Below are positions 1-13,732 of a stretch of DNA of 64,000 nucleotides, piece after piece; the first letter of the stretch is position 1, and each line of letters begins with the position of its first letter. The notes under the pieces are model-generated. The model ran no database searches. It was given only the letters and a program-made list of their open reading frames with translations, and was not told where the DNA came from. The stretch lies in the NCBI GenBank assembly GCA_047495785.1, contig JBLDXI010000024.1, forward strand, positions 1-64,000, read 5' to 3'. This DNA comes from Lepidodermella squamata (lineage: Eukaryota > Animalia > Gastrotricha). A program made the translations under genes and the position numbers.

Positions 1-1602
1 AGAATTTCGGGAACATTGGGGCGAAGGCCTTACGGATGTTTCAAAAACTGTCATTTGTGCCTTTGATTCGGTCGAAAAAACAACATTTGTAATTAAATAT
101 GACGGCGGTAAAGACTTGTGTCTACGCACTTTCGTCGTGGACCCGGTGCGTCCGGAGGTAATTTATTGCCTGGCTTATCACGAATATCCGTTCCACCTCG
201 GCCTTGCATGGATAACAACCCGTCCATCTACCTTATTACGTATCACCAACTGGGCATCTGATGCCGTTCTTGTCGATAAATGCGCATCAAAAGCTATCTT
301 AAGCCTGGCAATATCACCTGATGGCTCTAAGTTAGTTTGGCTCGAAACAGATAAGAACAGCCCTATGAATCGATCATTCAGTGTTTTCCGAGCTGATCTT
401 CCTAGCCTAGTCCCCATTCGAGTTACTTCTGATTCGCAATCCATATATTGCCTATCTTTATCGTCACCGTTCGTGAAAAACTGTTGGCTGGCTGATAGCA
501 GACATGTCTTGATAAACAGCGTTATTAAAAGTAGATTGGCCATACTTTCAATCGACGTAATGACAGGCCAAATCACCGAAGTTTTTGAGGCTGGAAATTC
601 GTCCTTCACGCTTTTGGATATTATGGATAACAGGCTTTTAGCGATTGAATCTAATCCTGAGGTTCCGATTGCTATTCACGTGACGCGATTTGCTGTAAAC
701 AATAATATAAAACTCGAGGGGGACATGAGTACTTTGATTCTCTGCGAGGGGTTCAAAGATCAGCTGAATTTTTCGGTTGAATCTGTCCAATATGCATCAT
801 TGGAGTGTCAATACATTGCGATCAGAGCGAAGAGCACATCAGACAGCGTGCCGATGATTGCGCTGATTCATGGGGGTCCACACAGTGCTTTTAGCACATC
901 ATTTGCTGGCTACGTCGAAGAGGCCGTGTCATACGTGTTATCCGGCTTTGACGTAATTCTGGTCAATTATTGCGGCAGTCTGGGATTTGACAGCGTCGAA
1001 GCGTTGCCTGGGCGATTGGGCGAGCTCGACGTGTCATCTGCCCATTTATGTGTTCAAAACGCGCTAATTCCGGGCCGTAACGATGCGAGCCGAGTTTATC
1101 TGGCCAGTGATTCATTCGGCGGCTTCGTAACTTTGCACTTGGTCGCGAACTATCCGCAGTTCTATCGAGCGGCTGTTTGTCGCAATCCGGTAGCGGATAT
1201 CACCCTGATGGGCCATATTGCCGACTGCCCTGATTGGGCCTTCGTTCAAATTAACGGGACTCCGAATTACCTGGACATATTGAGCGATAGCATATCGGCG
1301 AAAATGAACAAATTGTCGCCCATGAACGGTATTCCAAGTGTCAAATGCCCTCTTCTCGTTGCGTTGGGTCGGAATGATATTCGCGTGCCTATGACTATTG
1401 CTATGTCTTATTTGCGTATGCTGAAACAAACAAACCCTGATGCAGAGATAGAGTTAGTTTTCCGTAAACAACTTCCTTTTCCCCACTATTTAAGTTATTT
1501 TGCAGGACTTATCTGTATAATGATGGCCATTTGATTTCTGGGGTGAAATCGCATGCGGACCTTCACCTGAAAACGATCGCTTTCTTTCGTAAATATTGCT
1601 GA
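1..1602 (+). CDS. APEH: Acylamino-acid-releasing enzyme (APEH, peptidase S9C) paralog 1; 5'-truncated by window edge; atypical nucleophile elbow
   Basis: Frame +2 is open from base 2 (EFREHWGE..., cf. APEH 'EDWGE'). Motifs IHGGPH, VNYCGSLGF, RNPV, D-x-RVP. Intron 1453-1505 (GTTAGT..TGCAG) gives last exon TYLYNDGH...RKYC* with stop at 1600-1602. Collinear with paralog 2. Confidence 0.88.
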
Positions 1603-1698
1603 ACAGTAGCTTCATCTAGCTTGCTCTTGTGATTTCAATTACCCCGTCTAAATCACGTTATACTCTTATTCAAATAGATATTTATTTCTTTTGAGAAA

Positions 1699-3946
1699 AT
1701 GACCAAGTCATTCACGGAAGCGGCCATTTCGGCGTACAATGCTATGATCAAGATTCCGCAGGTGCTGGGCGGCCGGTTCGTTTCAGCCCCGTCTTTGGCG
1801 ACGATTGATTTCAAGCAAAGATGTTTACCAGCTGCTGAATTCGAAAATTTCCAGCTGACAGCCAATTTCAACGCTGATGCCAAGCCAGAAGGCACCTGTT
1901 CAATCCTTGGCCAGCCGGTGCCGACCGGAAAAAAGTAAGGAAAAAAGTCTTATTAATATTAAGGAAGACTTCATCCGCGGCTTCCTTTTTTTAAAGTGCG
2001 CTATTTATTTCGCCGTCTGGCAACAAGCAGATCTCGCTGAAAACTAGTACCAGTGATGCTAAGCAGCAATTTTTGCAGTATTGGAATGCAAATCGACTCG
2101 AATACACTGTTGATTTGAAGGCGCTCGACCTGCATCAGCAAGTCGTTGAACGAAGTTGGTTTGTATTTCTTTGTTTTGATTCTAAACCTAATATGCTGTT
2201 CTTGTAGCTCCTTTCCACGCGGTTAGCTGGTCCCCGGACGAGCGATATTTCTTTTACTTAGCCGAACGGAAAGTACCGAAAACCAAGTCGTTTTTCGATC
2301 AAAAGCCTGCACCAAAGACCGGTGCGGATGATGTTGTACCAGGAAATGAGTACAAATACGTCGAGGATTGGGGCGAGCAGTTGACTGGCATTTCTAAAAC
2401 CGTCATCGGAGTTTTTGACTCGTTCACTTACACGACGAATGTCCTCGGGTTTGACGGAGGTGAGGATAAATGCATTACGAAGTTGACGGCCAACCCGGCG
2501 AACCCTGATGAGCTCTACGCAATTTTGCATCATCTGAAGCCGTATCGAATCGGCCTCATCTACTGCACCCAGCGCCGTTCTGATTTAGTGCGCATAACTG
2601 GCTGGCAGTCGACGGAAACGCTGAAATCGACACCGGTATCTTCGGAGACGGAATATTTAGCGATTTCCGATGTCTCAGTCTCGCCTGATGGTAAGCGATT
2701 GGTTTGGCTGCAGACCAAAGCTGGCGGTCCCCACAATCGAGCCTTCGAGCTGTGGACTGCCAATACCAGTGATGTAGCAGGCACCGCTCGCCAAGTCACC
2801 TCCGTCAAGGCTTGCCCACTCTACTTCGACTCGAATGGTGCTTTCCAGCGCAATTGCTGGGTTACCGATCACTCGATCGTAATTCAGTCTAATCGCAAAA
2901 GTCAAGTCGTTTTGCTTTCAATTGACATTGATTCTAGCGTCGTCGCAGATATCAACGTGCCGAGTGCTAAATCTAACTTGTCTTCGTTCAATTTGTTGGA
3001 TATTTCCAAGGAAAAGCAGTTACTAGTGCTTGAATCTTCGCTCGGTGCTGCACCATCTATTCACGTTGGAACTCCAAATGGAAATGCGTTCAATTTCCGT
3101 CGATATGCGGTGTTCCCAGTTGACGATACGTACCTGGAAAGCAGCATCACCTGGTCGTTGAAGACAATTACCTGCTCGAATTTCGAATGCCAATACATTG
3201 TTGTCGCGCCGAAAGGTTCCAACGCTAACATCCCACTTATTGTGCTGCCTCATGGAGGCCCTCACAGTGTGATCACCACGTCTTATGCTGAAATCGCTGT
3301 TGCCCTTGCGTTGACTGGCTTTGCTGTTTGCATGCCGAACTACCCGGGTAGTTTGGCATTCGACAGCCTCGAGGCTTTACCCGGTAATGTCGGTAGCCTG
3401 GATACCGAGGCTGTGCAGCAATGTGCCAATGAGTGTTTGGCCCAAAACTCGAATTTTGATAAAAACAACGTTTACATGTTCGGCGGGTCTCACGGCGGCT
3501 TCATTGCCCTCCGCCTGATAGCAGCTTATCCGGATTTCTACCGGGCCTGTGTCAGCCGCAACCCGGTCGCCGACTTGGCGCAAATGGTCGGTGTCAGCGA
3601 CATCCCTGACTGGGTTTTCGTGGAGTGCGGTTTACAACCGAGCCTCGAAGGTTTCATCAACATGGCCGATATTACAAAGCCGGAGGTTTTGGCCAAGATG
3701 AACGAACAAAGTCCGGCGCGTTTTGTCGGTAAAGTCAAATGCCCGTTGTTGATGGCACTCGGTCGCAATGACCGTCGCGTGCCGATGTCACAAGGGCTGA
3801 ACTACTGCCGGATGCTACGCCAGTCGAATCCTGATATTCCGATTGAGATTTTCACGTACGAGGATGATCACAGCCTCAATTCGATCAAAGTTCATTCCGA
3901 CGTTTTTGTCAACGTTGTTCAGTGGTTTAACCGCTATAAAAAATGA
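1699..3946 (+). CDS. APEH: Acylamino-acid-releasing enzyme (APEH) paralog 2, canonical catalytic triad
   Basis: Three exons (introns 1935-1996 and ~2155-2208). Motifs SPSG..KQQFLQYW, YVEDWGEQL, PHGGPHS, GGSHGG (Ser), NDRRVP (Asp), EDDHSL (His). Confidence 0.93.
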
Positions 3947-4121
3947 ACAGTTTAACTTGACTCGATAGTAACTGTTAGCTGATTCTTGAATGCTTTCAAA
4001 TCATTGGATGATTCAGTCTATTTTCTCCGATTCTAATCAAACTGGTGATTTTTCGCAATCTATAGTTTCTATGTTTTTATAGATTTTTTATACTTGAATA
4101 ATCAAAATTCTTCCGACTGAA

Positions 4122-4565
4122 ATGGCGACGATTTCAGAAGAGCAGAAGTACGAGTTCGAGGAGACTTTCAATTTGTTTGACACGCGTGGCGATAAGAAAA
4201 TCTTCGTTCGCGACGTAGGCGAGGTTCTTCGCGTCGTTGGCACCAATCCGACCGAAGCCGAAGTTCGCCGGGCCAGCGGAACCATGAACCCCGACGATCG
4301 GATAACATTTACGCAGTTTCTGCCTATTTTGCAAAGCATTATGAAAAGCCAGGAAACACCGAGCGTTCGCGAATTCGCCGATGGTTTCCGCGTTTTCGAC
4401 AAAGACCTCAGCGGGCTGATTCCATCGGGCGAGCTGCGTCATTTGCTCACGTCTCTGGGCGAACGTATGACCGACGAAGAGGTCGATGCGCTATTCCAAG
4501 GCCACGAGGACAAGGATGGCAATATTTGCTACGAAGAGTTCGTCAAAGCGATCGCGAATAGCTAA
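4122..4565 (+). CDS. Myosin essential (alkali) light chain, Mlc-c/MYL6-like EF-hand protein
   Basis: 147 aa single-exon ORF with F-x-LFDTRGDKKI, VGEVLR..GTNPTEAEV, ITFTQFLPILQ, ELRHLLTSLGERMTDEEVDAL, GHEDKDGNICYEEFVK. Confidence 0.92.
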   Translation: MATISEEQKYEFEETFNLFDTRGDKKIFVRDVGEVLRVVGTNPTEAEVRRASGTMNPDDRITFTQFLPILQSIMKSQETPSVREFADGFRVFDKDLSGLIPSGELRHLLTSLGERMTDEEVDALFQGHEDKDGNICYEEFVKAIANS

Positions 4566-5335
4566 ACATTTGCCACTTACAGTTTTCATCATCCAAATCA
4601 CACTGCAATTTTTAAGTCTGAACGCATGCTCTTGGAATAGCTGCTTGTATTACTAACTTTTCTCTTTTTTGCATTTTCATCTGAGAAAACTTGTGGGAAT
4701 TTTTTCATTCTCTTTGTGTTCAACGTGCTATATTATTATTATTCTACTTTGAACGATCGCTTATGTACATCAGTCAGTTATATAGTTGCGCAGATGTTAC
4801 CGGTACGCAAATATCTATATTATTACTACTACTGTATGAATGCCATAGAATGCGTTTGAGTTGTTGAAAAATTTGCATATTATGTGATCGAATTTATACC
4901 TAGTAAAAAATCATGTAACGAAGCTGTTATTATTTCATGGCTCATGCATGCGTGTGCTTTATCGCGAAATAGTCAGTGCCTCGATCGAAAAATGCTTCCG
5001 TATAAATCATTATTATCTCAGAAACTGAGTAGAAGTGACCACGTAGTCATCCTGCTTCTGGTTTGTTTTACAGAGTACAGGGAGAAATCTCGACTTGAAC
5101 TAGCAAACTGGATTTTCTCCCTTTCAGTGTTATTTGTGAAAAACGAAAATGAAAATTTATTATATTGTCGTCTTCTTATTCTACTATTCAATTATTTCTG
5201 AGATTGCATTGCAAGAGTCGTATCAGAATAAAATAAACCGCTTGTGGTGCTTTTAACATTGTTTTCCGATTTTAGTATTTTTATACCATATCCCATTTGC
5301 CTCATTGTTGTTGGGAATACAAGCAAGCTTGTGAT

Positions 5336-8300
5336 ATGGCAACGACTGCCGCTAATTTCCCCCGACTTTCATTGGCCCTGAGGTCCAATATTGGATCTTT
5401 ATCGTACGACAGCGTGAATGACGAGGACGCAAAATTGTTTGCAAAGCGGCAATTATTACTGAGTTCCACGCCGAATGGGGCACTCACCCTGAAAAAGCGC
5501 CTTGAATGGCGTCAAATAATCAGCACTTTCAAATCGACTATAGGCGAGCGAAACGCTGAAATCTGGCAAAAGGCCGATGCAGGATTGCAAGAGCTGCTCA
5601 AAGAAAGCCGATCTTTGCTAAATGAAGACACGGAAAATTTAGCCGCTTATTGTTTGTATTTGTTCGCCGATCGACGCGGCATGGTCAGTCCTGTCGATGT
5701 AGCCGATCTGAAACGAGTTTTCGGCATCGCAGATTTATCATCGAGCCGACCGATTCGAATTTCAAAATTAGTCCACGAACTCGTCAATGAAACCTTCGAC
5801 GACACTGAGCTGCTACGGCGACGTCTTTTGATTGATAAGGTGGATGAGCTGAACCTACCGGAATTTGGAACTCGACTCCAGGTTCAGGTACCTTCGTTTG
5901 AAAATCCATCAATTTCAGACGCTTTCGACCAGCGGGACGCGGCGGTTCTCGAGCGGCTAATCGAACAGCTGATTGGGAGCTGCTCTGGTCGGAAAACTCG
6001 ACTTTCGACTTCCATGACGTTCGAACATTCCTCACTTCGCGAGCTGGATCAGCAACAGGAGCAAGAAGCCGCATTTTCCACAAGGTTATCCGACTCGTCC
6101 GAGTTCGGCCCAAACTGGCTGCGAGATCAAATTTCTACAGTTTTACCGGACGCAAGTTTGGCTCAACAAATAGCTCAAAATGTCATCGACTTGCTTGTTT
6201 CGAACCGCTCAGATGAAGAATTGCAATCCCAATTGCTCGATTTGATCGGCTTCGATGGGTTCGAACTGATATCTGTTATAATTAGCTGTAGACAAAGCAT
6301 TGTAGCAGCTGCGAATAAGAAGTCAGCCAAGGTATTGGAGAACCTCGGAGTGAATTTGAAAGCTAGCGCAAAAGTACCTCGCGGAGCTGGGGGTGTTTCA
6401 ATTATCACCAAAGATGATTTGGAATACGAGCGAGCTGTGAAAAAAGCGAACGCTGCCGTTGCGAAGGAGAATGCTGCTGCTTTCAAGAAACTACAGGAAG
6501 TTGCCGGAAAATCTTCCACGGAATTTCAAGAGCCTAAACTGTTGAAATCTCTCATCGGCGCTAACGTAAGTGGCACACCCTTGCACAAATATCCGTACGT
6601 GTTCGACTCGATGGCTGAGGTACATCGAACCGCGTCTTTCATCGCTAATGTTAAGCTATTCCTACCAGTCGGTTGTATTAAAAAAGAATTCAAGACATAC
6701 GAAGAGCTAACGATTCCACCGGTTTCGAAGAACGGCGGTGGAGAAAATTCAAGCATAAAGTCGATCGCTGGGGTAGGGGAGCCTCCGATCCTGGTCAGCC
6801 AATTGGAGCCGTGGGCGAGGAAAGCTTTCGACGGAACAAAAAAGCTGAACCGAATTCAATCAGTTGTCTTCGATTCAGCGTTCAATTCTAACCAAAACCT
6901 GTTGATTTGCGCCCCGACCGGTGCTGGTAAGACCAATATCGCCATGTTGACGATTTTGCATGAAATCGATCAGAATCGGGATGAACTGACCGGTAGGGTG
7001 CGGCTGGACAAGTTCAAAATCGTTTATGTTGCGCCTATGAAGGCTCTCGCCGCTGAAATGACTGCGAATTTCGGCAAACGACTCGCATACCTCGGCATGG
7101 AAGTTCGCGAATTGACAGGTGATATGCAGCTGTCTCGCGCGGAAATCGCCCGCACTCAGATGATAGTCACTACCCCGGAAAAGTGGGACGTCATCACGCG
7201 AAAAGCCGTCGGCGATACCGGTTTCACGCATTTAGTTCGCCTTCTTATTTTCGACGAAGTCCACTTGCTGGCGGACGACCGTGGTCCGGTCATCGAAACC
7301 CTGGTCGCCCGTACGTTGCGGCAGGTTGAAACCTCGCAAAATATGATTCGAATCGTTGGTCTCTCGGCCACGCTGCCGAACTATATCGACGTCGCCAAGT
7401 TCTTGCACGTCACTCCAACTGGGCTGTTCTTCTTCGATGGTCGATTTAGGCCTGTGCCGTTAACTCAGACTTTCATCGGAGTGAAAAGTGTCGATCGAAC
7501 CCACGAAATGGTTGCTATGAACGAAATTTGTTACGAAAAAACTCTCGAGCTCGTGAGACAAGGCCATCAAGTAATGATTTTTGTCCATGCGAGAAACGAG
7601 ACAGTGCGAACTGCGACCGCAATGAGAGAAATCGCGAGAAATAACGGCGATCTAGAGCTGTTCAGACCCGAATCGAGTAAAAGCCTCGGAGAAGCCACTC
7701 GAATTATCACAAATTCGAAAAACCACAAACTGAGAGAGTTGTTCAGCGATGGTTTTGCGATGCATCACGCCGGTATGTTGCGGCATGACCGCAATTTGGT
7801 TGAGAGATACTTCAGCGACGGGTTGATTCGGGTACTGGTTTGCACGGCCACTCTGGCCTGGGGTGTCAATTTACCCGCCCACGCTGTCATCATCAAAGGC
7901 ACGCAGATTTACGACGCGAAACACGGCGCTTTCGTCGATCTCGGAATTCTTGATGTGATGCAAATTTTCGGCCGTGCCGGTCGTCCTCAATTCGACACGT
8001 CCGGTCTCGGTATCATCATGACGAATTACAGCAAGCTGAGCAACTACCTGTCTCTGCTCACCCATCAACACCCGATCGAGTCGAAATTCGTCGACTGCAT
8101 CGCCGACAACTTGAACGCTGAAATCGCGTTGGGGACTGTTACAAACGTCGAGGAAGGCATAAAATGGCTTCAGGACACGTACTACTACACCCGCTTGCGG
8201 TCGAACCCCCTTGCGTATGGGTTGACTATCAAAGACCTGGAAAAAGACCCGACTTTGTATTCGCATTTGAACGGAGTCTTAGTTTCGAGTGCTAGTCGAC

Positions 8301-11300
8301 TCGAGGCGGCTCGAATGATCCGTTTCATGCGAAATCAAAACGGCGTTGGTGGTGATTTTTCCTCGACCGATCTCGGCCGCACCGCATCGCATTTCTACAT
8401 CAAGTACGATACGGTTGAAATCATCAATGAAAAGCTCGACTCAGTTCTCACGGATGCTGATGCGTTTTCGCTCATCTCAAAGGCCGAAGAGTTCAAAGAT
8501 ATCAAAGTTCGTGACGAGGAGATGGAGGAATTGGACCGTCTTGTCGCGGACGACTGCCATCTACCGGTGGATGGGGGTGCCGAGAATACCCACGGCAAAG
8601 TCAATATTCTACTTCAAGCCTTCGTTTCACTGTCTAGAATCGAGTCTTTCTCACTCGTGTCTGACATGTCGTACGTGTCGCAAAACGCGGCTCGAATCTC
8701 GAGAGCGTTGTTTGAAATTTCGCTGCGACGAGGAAGTCCGCTGCGAGCCGGCCGGTTGCTCACTGTCAGCCGCTGCCTCGAACGACAATTATGGCCCTTC
8801 GAAAACCCGTTGCGCCAGTTTTCATCCCATTTCCTGGGCCCGGAAATTTTCCAGAAGCTAAACGCTGCTCGCATGAATACGATCGAGAAAATTCGAGATG
8901 CGGACCCGAAAGAACTCGGTGTCCTCATCAGGCACCCGAGAAATGGTCCCTTGATACATCAACTGGCGATGCAAATGCCTCGCCTAGAGGTTGAGGTAAG
9001 CTTTGACGAAAGTTATTATACTATTTAATGAGTTTTGATTCACCAGCCTACTATTCAACCCATCACTCGCCAAGTCGTCCGAATTCGTCTTTCGATTTAT
9101 CCCGACTTTCATTGGTCTGACAAAGTTCATTTGGTCGGAGGTGGTGAACCGTTTTGGATCTGGATTGAAGGTAATTTTTACTGAATTAAGTTATTTTTTG
9201 CTGACTATTTATCCTTTAGACCCTGATCATGACCGCATCTACCATCACGAGTACATAAATGTGACGAAAAAGCAGGTTCTCCGCCGCGAGGAGATCAATC
9301 TTGTTTTCGCCATACCCCTAGCTGAACCTTTGCCAGCTCAATATTTGGTGAAAATTTCGCCAGATCGCTGGCTCGGCTGTGATTCGACTGTTCCGATCTC
9401 CTTCAAACATCTGATGTTACCTGATGTGTTTACGCCATACACTGAACTGCTACCACTGATGCCTTTGCCAGTCACGGCATTAGGGCGTGAAGAGTATCAA
9501 CGGCTGTACAGATTCACGCATTTCAATCCGATCCAGACCCAAGTTTTCCACTCGCTGTACCACTCGGACTGCAATGTGTTGGTCGGCGCTCCGACCGGCT
9601 CGGGTAAAACCATCTGCGCCGAGTTGGCCCTTCTCCGGCTTTTCCGCACTCAGCCAAAGATGAAAGCTGTATACATCGCTCCGTTGAAAGCCCTCGTCCG
9701 AGAGCGCATGACTGATTGGAAAGAGCGAATTGAAGGTCGACTGAATGGCCGCACTGTGGTCGAAATGACCGGAGACGTCACGCCCGATTTGCGGGCTTTG
9801 ATGGCGGCGGACGTAATTATCACCACGCCTGAGAAATGGGACGGCATCTCCCGAAGTTGGCAAACAAGGTTCGTTTAAGGTGGATTTTATTAAAAAAAAA
9901 TCATTTTTTTCAATCTAAAACAGGTCATATGTCCAGTCTGTTTCCCTAATTATCATCGACGAAATCCATTTACTCGGCGAAGACCGAGGTCCTGTTCTCG
10001 AGGTTATCGTCTCTCGAACCAATTTTATAACATCCCACACCTCGGCTGGTGTACGAGTTGTCGGCCTCTCAACCGCACTGGCCAATGCTACGGACCTTGC
10101 CTGTTGGCTGAATGTCCCGACTCAAGGTCTGTTCAATTTCCGCCCGTCAGTTCGTCCTGTCCCGTTGGTGTGTCACATCAGCGGCTTCCCGGGTAAACAC
10201 TACTGCCCGCGTATGGGACTGATGAATAAACCGGCCTTCCAAGCGATTCGCCAACATTCGCAGAACAAACCAGCGCTGATTTTCGTATCGTCTCGTCGTC
10301 AAACTCGCCTCACAGCCATGGACCTGATCGCGTACCTGGCTGTTGATGGCAACCCGAAACAGTGGGTGCATATGCCTGACGACGAACTGGACGCGATTCT
10401 TGAAACGGTGAAAGATGCCAATATGAAGCTGACTTTATCTTTCGGTATCGCCCTCCACCACGCCGGTCTGCATGACAACGATCGCAAAATCGGCGAGCAG
10501 CTGTTTGAGGCGCAAAAGATTCAGGTTCTGATTGCTACTTCAACCCTGGCGTGGGGTATCAACTTGCCGGCGCATTTGGTCATCATCAAAGGCACCGAGT
10601 ATTTCGACGGCAAGCAACACCGCTATGTCGATTTTCCGATCACCGATGTGCTGCAAATGATGGGCCGAGCTGGCCGTCCGCAGTACGACCAAACTGGCAC
10701 GTGTTGCATTTTTGTGCAAGACATGAAGAAAGATTTCTACAAGAAGTTCATCTACGAGTCGTTCCCGGTCGAATCGTGCCTGCTCGCCGTATTCGCCGAC
10801 CATTTGAACGCCGAAATCGTCGCTGGCACGGTTGCGACCCGCCAGGACTGCATCGACTACATCACCTGGACGTACTTCTTCCGCCGCCTCATCCGCAACC
10901 CGACCTACTACGGCGTCGAGGACATCAAAGCCGAGTCGATTAACAAATTCCTGTCGACCCTCGTGTCAAACGCGTTGAACGAACTCGCGTTGTCCGGCTG
11001 CGTCAAAACACCTGAAGATGGACCAACTGGTAAGGTCGAATCGACCTTCGCCGGGCAAATTGCGTCTTTCTATTACGTCCGGCACGAAACCCTGCGGTTG
11101 TACCTGGGTCGGTTGTCAACAGGCGATCTCAGTGCCCCAGAGTTGGTCCAACTGCTAGCCGAGTCGCTGGAATACGCCGAACACCCGGTTCGCCACAACG
11201 AAGACGGAATGAACGCCGATTTGGCCCGTTTGTGCCCTCACCCGATTTCTCCGCCTGAATCGTTCGACTCGCCACATACTAAAACCTTCCTGCTGCTACA

Positions 11301-12174
11301 AGCTCATTTCTACCACATCGGCCTACCGATCGCCGATTACGTCACCGATCAAAAGTCGGTACTCGATCAGGCTATCCGTCTGCTTCAGGCGATGTTGGAC
11401 GTCTGCGCCGATCGCGGGCAGTTGTCGAATGCGCTGACTGTAGCCACCTTAATCCAGTGTGTGGTTCAGGGTCGCTGGTTGGAAGACGACCCGTTGATGC
11501 AACTTCCGCATGTTGTGCCGGGCCCTGTTTTATCGGCTTTCGGCGGTCGAACTTTGCCGGAACTTGTTGCGACGTACCACAAGTTCCAGCGGCTGGACGA
11601 GTCGCAGTCTGCGTCTGTCAAACGCTACCACCTCGACGCTGTCGAACTGGACCACGTGCGGCAGGCGCTGTTTCAAATGCCGATAGTCGGCGTGAAGCTC
11701 AATCTCTACCCGTCGTCGCCGTCTAGTAAGGGTGTGTCATTCGAAGTACCCATCTGCTTCCCGCAAACTCCAGTGCAGCAACGGGAATGGATCACAGTTT
11801 CAGCTGGCAGTGAGTACGTTCTATCCGTATCACTTTCTCGCCTCAACAGGTCGAAAAAAATCGGCGGTTCCATGAATTACAAGGTTCACGCGCCTGCTTT
11901 CAGCAAGCCGAAGGATGAGGGCTGGATATTGGTGATGGGCGACTGTGACCGGGGTGAGCTGGTTGCCCTTCGCAAGGTTCAAAGTGCGATCAGATTGACG
12001 CCCGATTCTACGAAGCAGTCTCTAGCTTTTGTCACGCCTTCGACACCTGGTCGTAAAATTTTCTCGTGTTTCGTCATCTCTGATGGTTATCTGGGCTTGG
12101 ATCAGCAATACGACCTCAATCTCGATATTGTGCCAGCCGATGGGGCTGCGAAATCAGCTCCTGAAGAACTTTAA
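5336..12174 (+). CDS. ASCC3: Activating signal cointegrator 1 complex subunit 3 (tandem Ski2-like helicase cassettes plus Sec63 domains)
   Basis: N-terminal PRLSLALRS as in ASCC3. Cassette 1: APTGAGKT/DEVH. Cassette 2: APTGSGKT/DEIH and GFPGKHYCPRM. C-terminal YLGLDQQY. Introns 8996-9046, 9171-9219 and 9869-9923 join the ORFs in frame. Confidence 0.95.
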
Positions 12175-12559
12175 ATTTGAGCTGTAAAATATTATTCCAG
12201 ATTTAGAATTGAAAAATGTCGCCTTAATATTGGTGCATGCGAAATTTAAGAGATAAAAAATAAAATGAGCTATTATATCGATTTCAAGTCTGTATTTTTC
12301 AAATGTAAAAAAATGAATCAAGTTGTGCATCTTTTCCGAAGAGTGCACTTGGCAGCAGGGTCCGGCAGAAGTTCTGAAGACGCCATCCTAATTATCTCAA
12401 CCGCCGTCATTAGAAGTCCAGTGATCACTCAATTTATCCCTCACCGCTTTTCAATGATATTTATTCGTCACTCGAAGAGACGCTAATTAACAAACTGCGC
12501 AACTGAAAGACTTGCGATGAACCGTCCCCATCAGTGCTGTTTATTTATTTATTATTACA

Positions 12560-13732
12560 ATGCTTTGCATCAAAAAACGGTCGAAAAGCTTCAAATACTC
12601 AGTTTCGCAACGGGCCTACTTGGCTTTATCCCTGATCGCTGAGGGCGGTAATGTGAATAAGGTTGCCGAGAATTTTCACAGGCTGTATCCGCAAGAGTTG
12701 CCACCATGGCCCACTACTATGACTCGAAACCTAGACAGGCTGATCGAAACAGGTGACGATCTTTCCATTATTTCAGCTTCACCAAAATTATTCGCTTCCC
12801 CATACTAAAATCTAGGTAAGTTGGAAGATCGTGATCGCAGTGGCCGACCGCGAACAGCGTGCACGCCGGAAAACATGGCGGCGGTTGGCGAATATCTGAA
12901 AATTTACCCTGATGTCTCGACTCATCACATAGCGCTGGCTCTTAAATTTTCGCATACCTCCGTTTTGAAAATGTTTCATCAACTCGACTTATACCCCTCG
13001 CATTTCAGCGAAAATTTGTGGCAGGGTGACGCTGAACTCCGCGCCGAGTTTGCGACGTGGTTTTTGAAGCAGCATGAGAGTGATCTGGGCTTCGCATCGA
13101 GAATCATCACATCCGGAGCTTGTCGTTTCGACCTTAATGGCGCAGTCCATGCAAAATCAAAGAGCCATTGGGCTGTGCAAAATCATCACGCTCTAATTTC
13201 TGTCAAAGAGAGAAGCCCAACGCAAGTCACTGTGTGGTGTGCTATTGCGCATGATCGTATTATTGGACCCTATTTCTACGAAGAGAACGTCACTGCTATT
13301 GAGTACTTGCATATGCTGGAGAATTTCCTGTGGCCACAGATTGCGAATAATTACGAAAAGCCAATATTCCAGCAAAATCGTGCGTTACCGTTCAATTTTT
13401 TTACGACTTCGGCGTGGCTCCACTTCCGATTTCCAAATAGTTGGATTGGCCTAGATGGACCAATACAATGGCCCACTCGAGCTGCGGATATGGCCGTACC
13501 TGATTGGTTCCTCTGGAAGCACTTGGAATCTGAAGTACACAAAGATCCCCGGCCTACGACTTCGAACGAACTGCGCGATCGAATCAGAACTACTTGCCGA
13601 GCCGTAACGCCCGAAATTCTGGCTGAGATTCGGGAGGCGTGGGTAAATCGTATTGAAGAGTGTCAACGAGTTGGAGGTGGACTCTTCGAACATTTGTTGC
13701 AAAAATCAGCTAGCGCATCCTCCAAGCCTTGA
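12560..13732 (+). CDS. Tc1/mariner (DD41D, rosa-like) transposase-derived gene, intact ORF but catalytically degenerate; probably domesticated
   Basis: Intron 12753-12815 restores ETG|KLEDRDRSGRPRTA (HTH linker). Motifs VWCAI..DRIIGPYF, YLHMLENF, WIG..GPIQWPTRAADMAVPDWFLW. Asp1 is Gly (TSGAC), Asp2 is Asn (FQQNRA), 41 residues to the retained Asp3. No flanking TIRs seen. Confidence 0.88.

Noticed and set aside
4122-4565. Calmodulin
   Set aside because: The EF loops are degenerate, and FLPILQ and ELRHLLTSLGE match myosin essential light chains.
4884-5201. 105-aa ORF between the myosin light chain and ASCC3
   Set aside because: GTG start in AT-rich UTR or promoter sequence with no protein-like features.
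5336-12174. SNRNP200/Brr2 as the identity of the helicase
   Set aside because: The N-terminal PRLxxALRS, an intact second Walker A/DEIH and GFPGKHYCPRM are ASCC3 features.
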